Positions 47,392-61,869 of a stretch of 64,000 nucleotides of DNA are shown here, in pieces. Source of the DNA: the human T2T-CHM13v2.0 reference genome, Homo sapiens; NCBI RefSeq assembly GCF_009914755.1, contig NC_060932.1. One strand, given 5' to 3'. The position numbers and the translations under genes were made by a program. The notes beneath the pieces are model-generated. The model worked only from the letters and a program-made list of their open reading frames with translations. It did no database searches and was not told where the DNA came from. Every line of letters starts with the position of its first letter. Within the stretch, counting starts at the first letter, position 1.

Positions 47392-47965
47392 CAAAAATTA
47401 AGCAGAAAAATAATGCATGACAGCAAATCCATACCCACATAAATACCAAAAAGAACTGGAAACAGGGACTCAAACAAACACTTGTACACACATGTTTATA
47501 GCAGCACTATCCATGATAGCCAAAAACAAGAAACAACCCAAAAGCCCATCTACAGATGAGTGGATAAACAAACTGTGGTATTTTACATACCGTGGAATAT
47601 TATTCAGTCATCAAAAGGAAGGAAGTGCTGATACATGCTGGATGAGCCTCAAAAACATTAAGCTGCTTGAAAGAAACAAGACACAAAAGGCCACATATCG
47701 TATGGTTCCATTTATAGGAAGTGTCCAGAATAGTTAAATCCAAAGAGAGAGGTGGCAAATTGTTGGTTGCCAGGGGCTCAGGGAGGGGAGAATGAGGAGT
47801 AACTGCTTAATGGGCATGGGGTTGTATTTGGGGAGAATAAAATGTTTCAGAACTAGATAGAGGTGATGGTTCTACAATATTAAGAATGTGTTAAATGACA
47901 CTGAATTTTTCACTTTAAAATGGTTAATTTTAGGTTTTGTGAATTTTATCTCAATTTTTTAAAAA
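47392..47965 (+). mobile_element. L1MB-like 3' end
   Basis: gggactcaaacaaacacttgtacacacatgtttatagcagc...tttcactttaaaatggttaatttt. Confidence 0.8.
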
Positions 47966-48139
47966 TCAGTTGAGCAAAAAGAAAAAGAAGAGATGGCACC
48001 AGGGAATGTTTGCAGAGAGAGTGTTTGAGGGCAGTGGCTGTGGAAAGAGCAACTGCAGGTATGAGTGGAGTGGAAGGGGAGGGCACTGTGGGAGATGTTC
48101 TGCCCTCTCCCCACGCTGAAGTGCAGGTAAAGAACTCCA

Positions 48140-48352
48140 GCACTGGCGTGGTTTGGAGCAGAAGCTCTGGAACCAGACTGCCTGGTTTTAAATCCCCATC
48201 CTATTACTTATTAACAGTAACCTTCGGCAAGTTGCTTAACCTCTCCATACCTTGTTTCTTCATTTGTAACATGGAGATAATAATAATACATAACTAAGGA
48301 TTGTTTAAAAGGGTTAAATAAATTCTTTCATATAAATCACTTGGGATAGTGT
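48140..48352. mobile_element. MIR
   Basis: ctctggaaccagactgcctggtttt...ggcaagttgcttaacctctc. Confidence 0.75.
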
Positions 48353-48525
48353 AGACCATCTCCTCAATATTCGCTTCAGCCTTCAGTGAATGTTACCCAG
48401 TGTTCTTTTCTCATGTGGTTTCATAGGTCTTCCTCTTTGACTAGACCATTCCAGAATTGAACCATGTCCACTGTCCACTGTGCTTTGTAAATCTTCTATC
48501 AGTGTTTCCCTATTCTGCAGAATGG

Positions 48526-48810
48526 TTTTTGAGACAGGGTCCCACTCTGTCACCAAGGCTAGAGTACAGTGGCACAGTCACAGCTCACTGCAGCCTCCAC
48601 CTCCTGGTCTCAGGTGATCCTCCCACCTAAACCTCCTGAGTATCTGAGACTACAGTTGCCTGCCACCACACCCTGTGAATTTTTGTAATTTTTAGAGACG
48701 GGGTTTCGCCGCATTGCCCAGGCTGGTCTTGAACTCTGGCACTCAAGCAATCTGCCTGCCTCAGCCTCCCAAAGTGCTAGAATTACAGGCTTGAGCCACT
48801 GTACCCAGAC
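48526..48810 (-). mobile_element. AluJ
   Basis: Diverged dimer. Confidence 0.88.
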
Positions 48811-48904
48811 TGCAGGTGTTTTAATACAAACTTTGAAATAAGTATAAATAATATCCTTTTCAAGGAAAGCTGCCTTTACATCTCAGGTTCTAAAGAACTA
48901 AATC

Positions 48905-49505
48905 CCCTAGTTTCTTTGACTGCCATAACAAAGTACCACAAACTTGGCTTAGAACAACAGAAATTTCTTCTGCCCCAGTACTTGGGGCTAGAAGTCTGGC
49001 TACAGCCACCAGGCTCTTTCCCAGCTGTCACCCAAGGCGTCAGCAGGGTCATGCTCCCTCCAAGCCTCTCGTGGAAAGCCCTTTCTAGTCTCTTCCAGTT
49101 TCTGGCAGCCTCCCGGCCTTCCTTGGCTTGTGGCAGCAGAATGTTTGCCTCTGTCCTCACATGGCTGTTATTCTGTCCTCACATGGCCGGGACAGGGGTG
49201 CGGCGCAGAGAGCCCCACGTCCTGGGAAACGGGGTGCTGCTGGAAAGGCAGCTGCACCCTCAACCCTCACGTGGGGAACCTGACGCTAAACCATTCGTAG
49301 CCCACCTGCTTCTGGGTAGGGGTTTCATACGTAGCAGAGCAGCTACCTGCTGAGATCTATTGAAAGTCAGCCCTTGACACAAGGGTTTGTAAAAGGAAAA
49401 ATAAATAAATAAATAAATATATAAATAAATAAATAAAATGAAATAAATGAAAAAAGAAAAAAGACTTCAACGAATCTCCTAGGGGACACAATTCAACTCG
49501 TAAAC
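48905..49505 (-). mobile_element. MLT1B/C LTR whose middle is replaced by a 28S rRNA retrocopy
   Basis: ctgccataacaaagtaccacaaactt... to 49187; resumes agacttcaac...ggggacacaattcaac at about 49462. Confidence 0.75.
49186..49390 (+). pseudogene. 28S rRNA 3'-terminal retropseudogene (LSU-rRNA/SINE28-like), A-rich tail to 49461
   Basis: gtggggaacctgacgctaaaccattcgtag...gtagcagagcagct...gatctattgaaagtcagcccttgacacaagggtttgt is the mature 3' end of mammalian 28S rRNA, followed directly by A/(TAAA)n. Confidence 0.93.
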
Positions 49506-49596
49506 TTCCCAATCCCTATAGCTCTCCTAATGCATTCATAAGCTCCACCGCCACACTTCTATGGGCTTCCCAGACTAACCAGCTGCTGGAACAATC

Positions 49597-49905
<309 letters not shown>

Positions 49906-50119
49906 TGGGAGCAATATATTTTTAATGTTTTAAATGTTTTATTTGGCACACTAAAACCCACATGCTTAACCACTGTACTGCAATGAATGAATGAATGATG
50001 AGTGTTGAATCAAAAAATATGTGTTGATGATGTCTAAGAAGGGAGTGAAAACCACAACTGAAACCCACCAGTCTCTAAAAAAGTTATGAGTAAATTGGTG
50101 CAAAAAAATATTGTTTATC

Positions 50120-50413
50120 CACGCCTGTAATTTCAGCACTTTGGGAGGCTGAGATAGGTGGATCACTTGAGGTCAGGAGTTTGAGACCAGCCCGAGCAAC
50201 ATGGTGAAACCCTGTCTCTATAAAAAATTCAAAAATTAGCCGGGTGTGGTGGTGCACTCCTGTGGCCCCAGCTACTTGGGAGGCTGAGGCTCAAGAATCA
50301 CTTGAGCCCAGGAGATGGAGGCTGCAGTGAACTGTTATCAAGCCACTGCACTCCAGGCTGGGTAACACGGCAAAACTCTTTGTTTCAAAAAAAAAAAAAA
50401 AAGAAAGAAAGAA
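50120..50413 (+). mobile_element. Alu (slightly 5'-truncated, J/Sz-like)
   Basis: Begins cacgcctgtaat; A-tail. Confidence 0.88.
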
Positions 50414-51344
50414 AGAGTATGATTGATCTATACATTAACTCCCCACAAAGGCACAGAACAGCAGAAGCTGCCCTGGAGAACTCCTGTCTTCTGGCTTCTT
50501 TGTGAGTTAGACAGGAAGTGGGACAGACCTTGGAGACCAAGACTGGGGCTTACCAAAGAGCCAGGCAGCCCCTAGGAGGGAAACTGTGTGTCCCTCAAAG
50601 GGTGTAAACTCCTGGAATTTTTTTTTCACTTCCCACTACAAAAACAGAGAATTATTAAAAGAGAAAATAATTAACACATTTACCATGGGCCTGAGCCAAT
50701 AGGAACCAAGTACCCAAACACAAGATTGCTAATAGACTGCTAATAATAGAACTTAATAAATGAAATAATTTATTTCATTTATTGTTGCTTGGAATACAGA
50801 AAGTGCTTAGTAAATATTGAATGAATCAACAAAGTGCCTCCCAATATAGAGAAATCACTTCTGAAAAGGATAAAACCAAGTTGATCCTATTCAATCGAAG
50901 GCATCTTTTGGGGCTGTTACAGTTATTTCCTTTATTTGAAGAAGGAATATGATATACCTACTTTGTTCCAAGTCACTGCTTATAATGTGCTAATGGTACT
51001 AATGAAGTTCTTAATTATATAAGAAAGACTATGAATGGCCTATTTTTCAAGTGTTCAAAAATGGAGGCATACTTTAAAAACCCATTTTACTCTTCTCTGT
51101 TTCTCTTTTAGGGTGGTTATGGCTATTTGTGTTTCCATTTGTGGAAAGGGTAACAGTGAGAACACCTGTGGTAGGGGGGGCAAGGAGAATGAAGAAAAAG
51201 TGAGAAAGCAGTTATGTGATGGAGTTCCCACACATAAGCCAAAGAAATGGGGAGAAAAATAAACTCAACTAAGAGAGTCCCAAGAAATCCCTTCCTTCCT
51301 CACAGCCATGGAGCTCCTTTCCAGTTCTCATGCCTCTAGGTATC

Positions 51345-51552
51345 TTCATCTCTGGGACTTGCAAAGAATTACCTACAGGTGAACACATTTTAAGAAAGCC
51401 TAATGTATGGACCCCTGTATCAGAACCACCTGGAGCACCAATAAAGAGCACAGACCCCAGGGCTCATTCAAGTAGGATAGGGCCCTGGCCTCCATCTATT
51501 TACCAAATTCCTGGAGCGATTCTGACCCACACCCAGGTTTAAAACCCACTGG
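51345..51552. mobile_element. MER5-like relic
   Basis: cagaaccacctggagc...cagaccccaggg...gattctga...ccaggtttaaaacccactg. Confidence 0.55.
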
Positions 51553-51799
51553 TGTAGACCACCTAGACCTGGACCAAAATCCAAACAGAAAATAATTATC
51601 ACTTGATAAGGTAATTCACCATAGGATTCCTATAACTTACAGCTTTTGTTACATTTTTAAAATAAATTTACATCATTATTTCATGTATTTTTAAGTGTCT
51701 ACTGTGTAACCAGAACTAAGTTGTATGAGAGTTTGGAAATCCTTTCCCTTGCCTCAAATAACTTAAGGTTTCTTAAATAATAGCAAACCAAGAAGACGG

Positions 51800-52500
51800 T
51801 AGATTGGCATCCTAAGGTACCATCTTAAGTCAGTACAAATTTCAGGCTCTTTTTATGTTAAGGGCAGGGAGAAGAGAGAGAGGCTGGGATCAATGACCGC
51901 AGGGCTGATCCACAGCCGCAGACATCTGGGCACCAGCGTGTGTCTGAGGACTTCCTTGTCCTTGGTCAGGTCACAATGCTCCTATAAATCTTTAACAACA
52001 CATAGTTGTTTACATACTTCCCCTTTCATCCCAGAATTAGTTTTTAAAACTACATGATTACTGTTTTTGCATATTACCTCAGTGCTCTAAAATTATCCTA
52101 GCGTATATGCAGGAATAGCTCCTTAAACTAAACTGTGCAGCTAACTAAAGGGCTTCGTTGCCAGGCATGGTGGCTTATGCATGTAATCCCAACACTTTGG
52201 GAGGCCGAGGCGGGCAGATCACTGGAGGTCAGGAGTTTAAGACCAGCCTGGCCAACATGGTGAAACCCCATCTCTACTAAAACTACAAAAATTAGCCAGG
52301 CATGGTGGTGGGCACCTGTAATCCCAGCTACTTAGGAGGCTGAGGCAGGAGAATCACTTGAATCCAGGAGGTGAGGCTGCAGTGAGCCGAGATCGTGCCA
52401 CTGCACTCCAGCCTGGGCGATAGAGCGGGACTGTCTCAAAAAATAAAAACAACAAAAAAAGGGCTTTGTTGGTTAGCTCCTTGGCTGTTTCACTGTTACA
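51800..52500 (-). mobile_element. ERV1-type LTR fragment split by an Alu
   Basis: ggtcaggtcacaatgctcctataaatcttt...ctaaaattatcctagc...; ends ctgtttcactgttaca (TG start on minus). Confidence 0.55.
52160..52457 (+). mobile_element. AluSx/Sz
   Basis: Full dimer; TSD AAAGGGCTT(C/T)GTT. Confidence 0.92.
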
Positions 52501-52780
52501 GAATCAGCAAGGACCATGTCGGGGTCAGGAACATGCCTGGTGTGTTTAAGGAACGTAATAAGGAATTCCTGAGTGGAAATGGAAAGAGGGGAGGGCGTGG
52601 TAAGAGACGAGGTCAGAGAGGTAGGGGAGGACAGATTGGGTGGTGCCTGCTAGTTATTGTACTGAGATGGAAGCCATGGAGGGTTTGGGGTAAAGGACTT
52701 ACATGATCCATTGGTATCTTAGCAGAATCATCTTGCCCGCTGGACTGAGAATACACTGGAGAGGGGCCAGGCAGGAAGAT
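52501..52780. mobile_element. L2 fragment
   Basis: gagatggaagccatggagggtttg...atcttgcccgctggactgagaatacactgg. Confidence 0.55.
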
Positions 52781-54381
52781 GAGTCAGGAAGCTTTTGTTG
52801 CCCTCCTGGAGTAGAAGCCCCCCGCCGCCCCACCCACAGCATTCACCTCCAAAGGTTGGGCCACTTGAAAATGTATCCAGCCTGCTCTTGCAATGTCATC
52901 TCACAGCGATCATATTTAATCCCTGCTGTGCAAGAAAATAAAAAAAGAGAAAAGAGAAAATGGGGCTGGACATAAGGGTTACAGTTTCCCAGGAAATAAG
53001 GAAAAAATAAGTAAATTGCAATTTGCGTTTTTGACAGTCAGGGAAATTGAGTGGACCAAAGTTGCCTTGGAAAGAAAAAAGCTAACGTTAGTAAGTTAAA
53101 AATAACAATGCAATACAGAGTGTGCCTGAATAATTAGCCTTGAAAAGGGGTTTCCCCAGTCATCCCATTATATTTCCTCAGATGACTTTCCCAAGCAGTG
53201 GCAGGTGAGGAATAGGAAACCGCTGGATCACCAGACATAATGGTTTGATTTTAAAGCCTATAATTGAATGTTGAAATAAATGGCAGAGTTCAAAAACATC
53301 AAGACCAATTAGAGGATAGTTAAGGAAAATGGCATGCACTAGTGTCCTATACACAGCTCTCTTGGGATGTCCTATCATGCTGTGCCCTTCACTGTATGTC
53401 AGGACCGTGAGCCATGGTATCCCTGGACACCAGCCAAATACACGTGGGTGGGGGATTGTGTACATTAAATTGTACAGCGCCAATCAGTTTAGAGGCAGAA
53501 GGTTGGAAGAATTTTTTCCTAAACTGCACTTACGGAAACCAAGACCCACCATTTGAAGGGCTAATGCTTTGCTGCTGTCAGTGATTTTTTTTTTCTTTTT
53601 ACCCTGCCTGCCGACTTGGTAAGCTGAAACAAAAACCAATTACTCTCTAAGATCAAAATCTTCAGGTGCCTCAAGAGCTGTTTTAATTTGGTTTTAGAAT
53701 TATGGGCTGGCTTTCTCCCTCGCCTGTTCATGTCAGATGTGGCCAAATTAAAAACACTGCCAAGTAATGGAAAGTTATTTAAACCTTTCTCTTGTAACTG
53801 TTCCATATTTACATTTTAAATGACCATTTTCTGGCTAGCCACAAACACATTTCTTTTAAAATGGAATGCCCTATGGCTCATTTTGAGCTATTTTTCTCAC
53901 CCTCTTTATTGACCTCTGTCCCTTTATCTCTTTCTATTGGAAGCCTGAACCTCAATTTCGTAAACATGTTAAAAATAAAAACTGACCCCATTTGCAATGA
54001 GGTCATGTTGGTGAATTTATTCTCAGATTACATCATGATTGAAACAGTTCTTGTTCACTCTATGATATGATTAGAATTCAAGTGTGGCCAAGCTTAAAAC
54101 TCTTGGTTTCCATAGTGGTCAAAGTAGAGCTCTTAAGCTATGCTACTCCTTCCCCCATCCCAGCTGATTGCTGCTTTGGCCCTGCCTGTTTTCTAGGATA
54201 AATTGTCCTGCCATCTCTCTGCAGTTGGACTAGATAACAAGTAATGAGCAAGTATGATACTGCTTCCTGCCCATGACACCATCTAACTCAACATCTCAGA
54301 AACTGGCCTTTGCAGAAAGGTAGTCTCCAACCTTCAATGACATCTTAGTGCTATCCATGAATCCTTCCACATGTCCCTACT

Positions 54382-54736
54382 TGATATGGTTTGGCTGTGT
54401 CCCCACCCAAATCTCATCTTGAGCTGTAGCTCCCATAATCCCCAGGTGTCATGGGAGGGACCCAGTGGGAGGTAATTGAATCATGGGTGTTGGTTTTTCC
54501 CATGCTGTTCTTGGGATAATAACTAAGTCTCATGAGATCTGATGGTTTTATAAAGCCTGCACATGCTCTCTTGCCTGCCACCATGTAAGACATGCCTTTG
54601 CTCCTCCTTCACCTTCCTCCATGATTGTGAGGCCTCCCCAGTCATGTGAAACTGTGATTCCATTAAACCTCTCTTTCTTTATAAATCACCCAATCTCAGG
54701 TATTTCTCCATAGCAGTATGAAAATGCACTAATACA
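54382..54736 (+). mobile_element. THE1 (C/D-like) solo LTR
   Basis: TGATATGGTTTGGCTGTGTCCCCACCCAAATCTC...actaatACA; perfect 5-bp TSD CTACT. Confidence 0.92.
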
Positions 54737-54765
54737 CTACTCATTAATTCAATTCATTTTACTGA

Positions 54766-55258
<493 letters not shown>

Positions 55259-55390
55259 TGACCCCCTCAACCTTTTATACCATCCTCACACCTACACACA
55301 TATCAGCACCTTATTCCTTTTCCCTCACTTCCATGGGAAAGGTATGACTTGGGTCCCATCACTTATTTTCTCAGGAGTTTCACTCCATTA

Positions 55391-55800
<410 letters not shown>

Positions 55801-56189
55801 AAATGGCTGCTTCCCTAAGTCCTCCTCTAGCATCCAACTTATCTGTGTCTCACCATAGCCAAGTCCCAGAAAGGGAAATCTATACTTTCTATCCTCACTT
55901 TATTATCTCAGTATCAACCTCTACCTAAATGGTTTCTAAATGTAAATCAAATCTATGTCCTGGATTCCTCACTATGTAATCAAACCCATGCTGGATACAT
56001 CACCAAGTCAATGACCCAAGACCATTAAAACTTCATATACCTGAAATTTAACTCATCAATTTCCCCAAGCTATAAGAGTTTAGATACCATCTCTAGCAAT
56101 TATAGGCCAAGTGACTGTGAAAAAGTTGGGAAACTTTTTGTGTTTCAATTTCCTCTTTTGTGAGCATCAAGCACTGCAAAGTGTTTGCA

Positions 56190-56550
56190 ATGTTATCCTA
56201 ATAACTAGAAGTTAGTCCGCCACTGTTTCATGGATGCTGGCAGAAGATAGAAAACTCCTGGGTTAGAAGAAAAGAACGGTTTGTTACTGACAACAACTGC
56301 AGTAACCAGAGTATCAATACATTTTGCTGTGGTTCCCTGCACCCTAACTTCCACAGGATAATGCAAAAAGGGCCAGATGGCACCCACACATGCAGTGTGG
56401 TTACTGGAAAGAAATCCTGAGCTTAGAGGAAGTGTTGTTTGCCCCAAAGGGAGACAATATATCTTTCAAGGCTGTTTTGCTACACAAATGTCTTGAAATG
56501 ATAGACTAGAACAAAGGGCAATCAGCGCCTAGCTCACAAGATGCACAATA
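56190..56550 (-). mobile_element. LTR40-like ERVL LTR
   Basis: tgtttcatggatgctggcagaaga...actcctgggt...agaacaaagggc. Confidence 0.6.
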
Positions 56551-57010
56551 AAATGAGGAAAAGTATATAGCAGCTAACTCACCAGGTTGTGAGTATTAAA
56601 TGTGTTAATAAATGAAAACCTTTAGAATAGTGTTAGGCAAATAGTAAGCCCTAATAGGATTTCATGACTCTGTCTCTCAATAGCTTGTTGCTTGAGACTG
56701 TGTGTTACCCATCTCATAAGCCCATGTTCAGCACAATGCATTGCACAAAGTAGTTGCATGATAAATGTTTACTAAATAGTTGATTGTCAAATATCTGAAG
56801 ATCTTGAAATATCACATGTACTATTTTACATTCTAGGTGCTTTAGTGATAGAAATCTTAAATACTGACTCATTTTAGGTTTAACAAGTAAATTACAATGT
56901 TAATGCTAATTGTGAAAGCTGTCAAGTTAACATGAGTTGTGTGGGAAAGAAAATCATTTTATATCCTGCTTTTAAAAAAAGATTTAATAACATCTAAACG
57001 CTTGTTTTTA

Positions 57011-57716
<706 letters not shown>

Positions 57717-58427
57717 GTAATATTCCTTTAAATAAGTTATAGGTTAATAGGGGCAATTTCAGACAAAAGTTTGCCTTTGCCCTTATGGTTAATTTGACCT
57801 ATAGCACAGTAAGTCTCCAATGAATTCACAACCAAAACTTCATCAGCTATTGTATTTTGACATAAAATTTATTTATTAAATAAATATTTATTGAATACAT
57901 TCTTTGTGCCAAACATTATCCTTGGCTGTAGGGATAGCCTAGGCAGAGAAAACGGCCAATACTCTTTCTTCCTTCAAGGACTCACATTCAAAAGGCAAAA
58001 GAAACATCAAAAATTTAAATACATAAATGTTGGGGGACTTCAGGGAAACACCAACAAATAGATTCACATTTCCCTGCCCAAGTTCCGAACCAATTAGGAA
58101 TTAAGACAAAAGAGTCATCATAGGAGACCAAAATATTACCCTCATAACTGACAAGGCTGATATGGAGAATCTGGCAATCTGGATTTAGGTGTGGGAGCCA
58201 TGTGAGCTTTCAACTCCCAGTTCCCCTAAATTGGGTAGACTCATCAACCCAGTCGTAGAAGATTCCAAATCACCGCAGGCAGTTATCCCCACATGACATA
58301 GATACAAGTTCTCTCCTACTTATATATATGACTGAAAACAATTGGGAACAAGTGTTCTCTGCAGGCAGGCAGATCCTGAAAGAGAAGGCAGCAAAAAGAA
58401 CTTTGCTACTCATATCCAGTTCCTTCT

Positions 58428-58780
58428 TGCTATGGCTTCAATGTGTTCTCCAAAAATCATGTGTTGGAAACTTAAAGTAACAGTGTTGGGAAATGGGGCC
58501 TAATGGGAGGGGTTTAGGTCATGAGGGTTCCACCCTAATGAATGGATTAATGCCAATTATAAAGTCTAGAAGCTGCAAGTGTGATCTCTCGTGCTCTTAT
58601 GCTCTCTTGCCCTTCCACTTTCCACCATGGGTTGATGCAGCAAGTAGGTCTTCACCAGATGTTGGCACCTTGACATTGGACTTCCCAGCCCCTAGAACTG
58701 TGAGAAATAAATTACTTTTTTAAATATAAGCTACCCAGTTTGTGGTATTCTGTTATAGCAACATAAAGCAGACTGGGATA
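58428..58780 (+). mobile_element. MST (C/D-like) MaLR LTR
   Basis: tgctatggcttcaatgtg...gacttcccagcccctagaactgtgagaaataaatt. Confidence 0.8.
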
Positions 58781-59175
58781 CTCCTCAAACTCACTACTCA
58801 GATAACCTGCTGTAGGGAGGAGAATTAAGTGGAACAAAACATCAAAAGTGTTGAGGAAAATGCCCTCCTCATGGAAATCAGGGGAGTGGGGATAAAATGT
58901 TCCCCTCTAACAATAAATCAGATATTTTTAGGAATAAATAGAGCTATGAAGAACATAATATAAAGCAGTATGAGAATGTGGGGTAGGGGGAGAATCTTCC
59001 TTGCCTGGGATGTTCATGGAAGGCCTCTCAGAGGAGAGGTATTCAAGCTGGAGTCAGCTCCCCAGTGCCTTGGGAGAAGGCCATTCTAGCAGAATGAATG
59101 CTTAGGGCAAAGGTTCTGAGGTGGGAATAAATCTGATGTCACTGAGAACAGAAAGAAGGCCAGTGGGGGTACAGC

Positions 59176-59638
59176 TGTGGAGTAGGCTGAATAATGTCCT
59201 GCCCCAAAGATGTCCATGTCCTAATCCCTAAGAACTGTGAACATGTTATTTTTATGGCAAAAGGAACTTTGCAGATGTGATTAAGGATCTTGAGATGAGA
59301 AAATTATCCTGAATTATCTGCCGGACCCAGTATAATTAATCACAGGGGTCCTTATAAGAGGGAGGCAGGAGAGTCAGAGAGAGAGAATGGAAGATGTCAC
59401 CCCTGCTGGCTTTGAAGATGGAAGATGAGATCACAAGCCACAAACTACAGATGGCCTTTGAAAGCTGGAAAAGGCAAAGAAACAGATTCCCATCTAGAGC
59501 CTCCAGCAAGAACAGAAACCTACCAGCACCTTAATTTTGGGACTCCTTACTTCCAGAACTGCAAGAGAATAGATTTATATTGTTTAGGCCACTATTGGTG
59601 GTGGTAATTTGTTGCAGCAGAAATATAAAACTAATACA
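59176..59638 (+). mobile_element. MLT1D LTR
   Basis: aggctgaataatg...ccccaaagatgtccatgtcctaatccc...aaaactaataca. Confidence 0.82.
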
Positions 59639-59643
59639 AGCTT

Positions 59644-59948
<305 letters not shown>

Positions 59949-59983
59949 CTAATATAAGCCAAGTGAACAAGAAGAGAGTGGAA

Positions 59984-60225
59984 AGCCAGGTGTGGTGGCT
60001 CACACCTGAAATCCCAGAACATTGGGAGGCAGATCGCTTGAGCCCAGGAGTTCAAGAGCAGCCTGGGCAACATGGTGAAACTCTGTCTCCACAAAAAAAT
60101 ACAAAAGCTGGGGTGGGAGGCTCACCTGAGCCTGGGGAGGTCGAGGCTGCAGTGAGCTGTGATCATGCTGCTGCACTCCAGCCTGTACAAGAAAGTAAGA
60201 CCCTATCTCAAAAAAAAAAAAAAAA
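59984..60225 (+). mobile_element. AluJ with internal deletions
   Basis: Both arms present but shortened. Confidence 0.82.
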
Positions 60226-60327
60226 ACCACATATACACACACACAAATAAAGAAGAGAGTAGAAAAGATGAGATTCAAGAAGCTGTTAATAGCCAGATTA
60301 TGTTGCCCTTGTAGGCTGTGATAGTTT

Positions 60328-60480
60328 GGGCTGGGTGTCATGGCACACACCTGTAGTCCCAGAAGGCTGGGGTGGAGGATCGCTTGAACTCAAGAGTTCA
60401 AAGCTGCAGTGAGCTATTATAACTGCACTCTGGATTGCGCAACAGAGTGAGATCCTGTCTCTAAAAAGAATAAATAAATG
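60328..60480 (+). mobile_element. Alu monomer (FRAM-like)
   Basis: Single right arm. Confidence 0.75.
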
Positions 60481-60489
60481 CAATTTTTA

Positions 60490-61290
60490 AAAAGAGTTTG
60501 AAAAGGGTTTTATTCTGGTTGCTATGGGAAAGAAGCCACAGGGTGTTTTAAGGAGAGGTGTGATCTTTCCCAAACCTATGCTTCAAAAAGATTACTCTGG
60601 GTATTGTGTGTAGAAGAAAGAGTAGAGGCCAGAAGACCAATCAGGAGGCTGTTGCAATCATCCAGGTGTCTTGAGCCAGGTTTGCAGCAGTGGAAAGAGA
60701 GAAAAATGGTCGCCTTTAGGCTCTTTCTTAAAGGCAAAGATGATAACACGTACTGATGGATTGACTGTGGATTTTAAGGGGGGAAAAAAAGAAAAATCAA
60801 AAAGGACTCCAAGGTTTTTAGCCAGAGCTACCAAACTAGAAATAATAGATGTTGGTACTTCTAACTCAAATGAGGAAGGCTTTGTGGAGGAAGAATATGG
60901 GTGTGGGGTGAAAGGGAAATCAATAATTCTATATTTGCCATGCTAAGTTTGCTATTCCTATTAGACACCCCAGTGGAGACGTTACTTCAAAATGTGGATA
61001 TATGAGTTTAGAGACCAGAGGCAAGACCTAAGCTGGCAATCAAAATGTGAATGCCATGAGCACATCGATGGAATATAAAGCCCAGGACTGGAGAACTCTC
61101 CTAGCAGGAGGGCAAGGACAGAGCAGAAGGAGGATGGAGCCCTAGAGCATTTTGGCTTTTAATGGTCAGCTCGGGGAGGAGACATCAGTAAAATAAATGA
61201 AGACCTAGTGACCAATGAAGAAGGAAAGAAGTCAGGAGAGTGGGTGTCTCAGAAGCCCAGAGGGGGGAAAAAGTGTTTTCAGGTAAAAAT
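60490..61290. mobile_element. L2a fragment
   Basis: aaagattactctgg...aggaggctgttgcaatcatccagg...cctattagacacccc. Confidence 0.65.
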
Positions 61291-61869
61291 GGTCTATCAA
61301 GGAATTCTACAAAACAAAGAACTTATTTTCAGCCACCGATTCAGATTCATGATGTCTGATTAGTAAAAGAGGTCTGAGAGTTAGAGTCTACCAAGCTTAA
61401 AAAAGGAAAAGGTACACACTTCTCCATAACAGATCCTAGCCAGTTTGAGAGTTTTGTTCAGACAGTGCAGAGTATGAATAAATCGTTTGGCATTTTTAGG
61501 GCCACTTTATTACGTTGCATGTTATCATGAAAATTTATATTGGGCAGATACTGACTTCCTTCCCTCATGACTCTTTTCAATTTCTTACAAGTGGAGTCAA
61601 TATTTTTGTCATTTATCTCACTTTTGAAAAAATAAATGTCTGAACATTTCTTTCATGAATGCATTTTACACTCAGCAATTTTTTTAAATCACGTTCTTTA
61701 AGTAATCTTCATAGATAATTATAACAGATATTTGGAGCCTCATCTTTTCAAACCTCCTCTAAGATTGGATTCTAGAATTGGAAAGTTGTAGCACATCACA
61801 AGAAGTCAATGACAACACATTTCCCAATGTGTGTCTGAGTGAAAGAGAGAGAGAGAAAGAGACAGAGAA

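Noticed and set aside
49186-49390. Functional rRNA gene
   Set aside because: Only about 205 nt of the 3' end, mutated, A-tailed and without rDNA context
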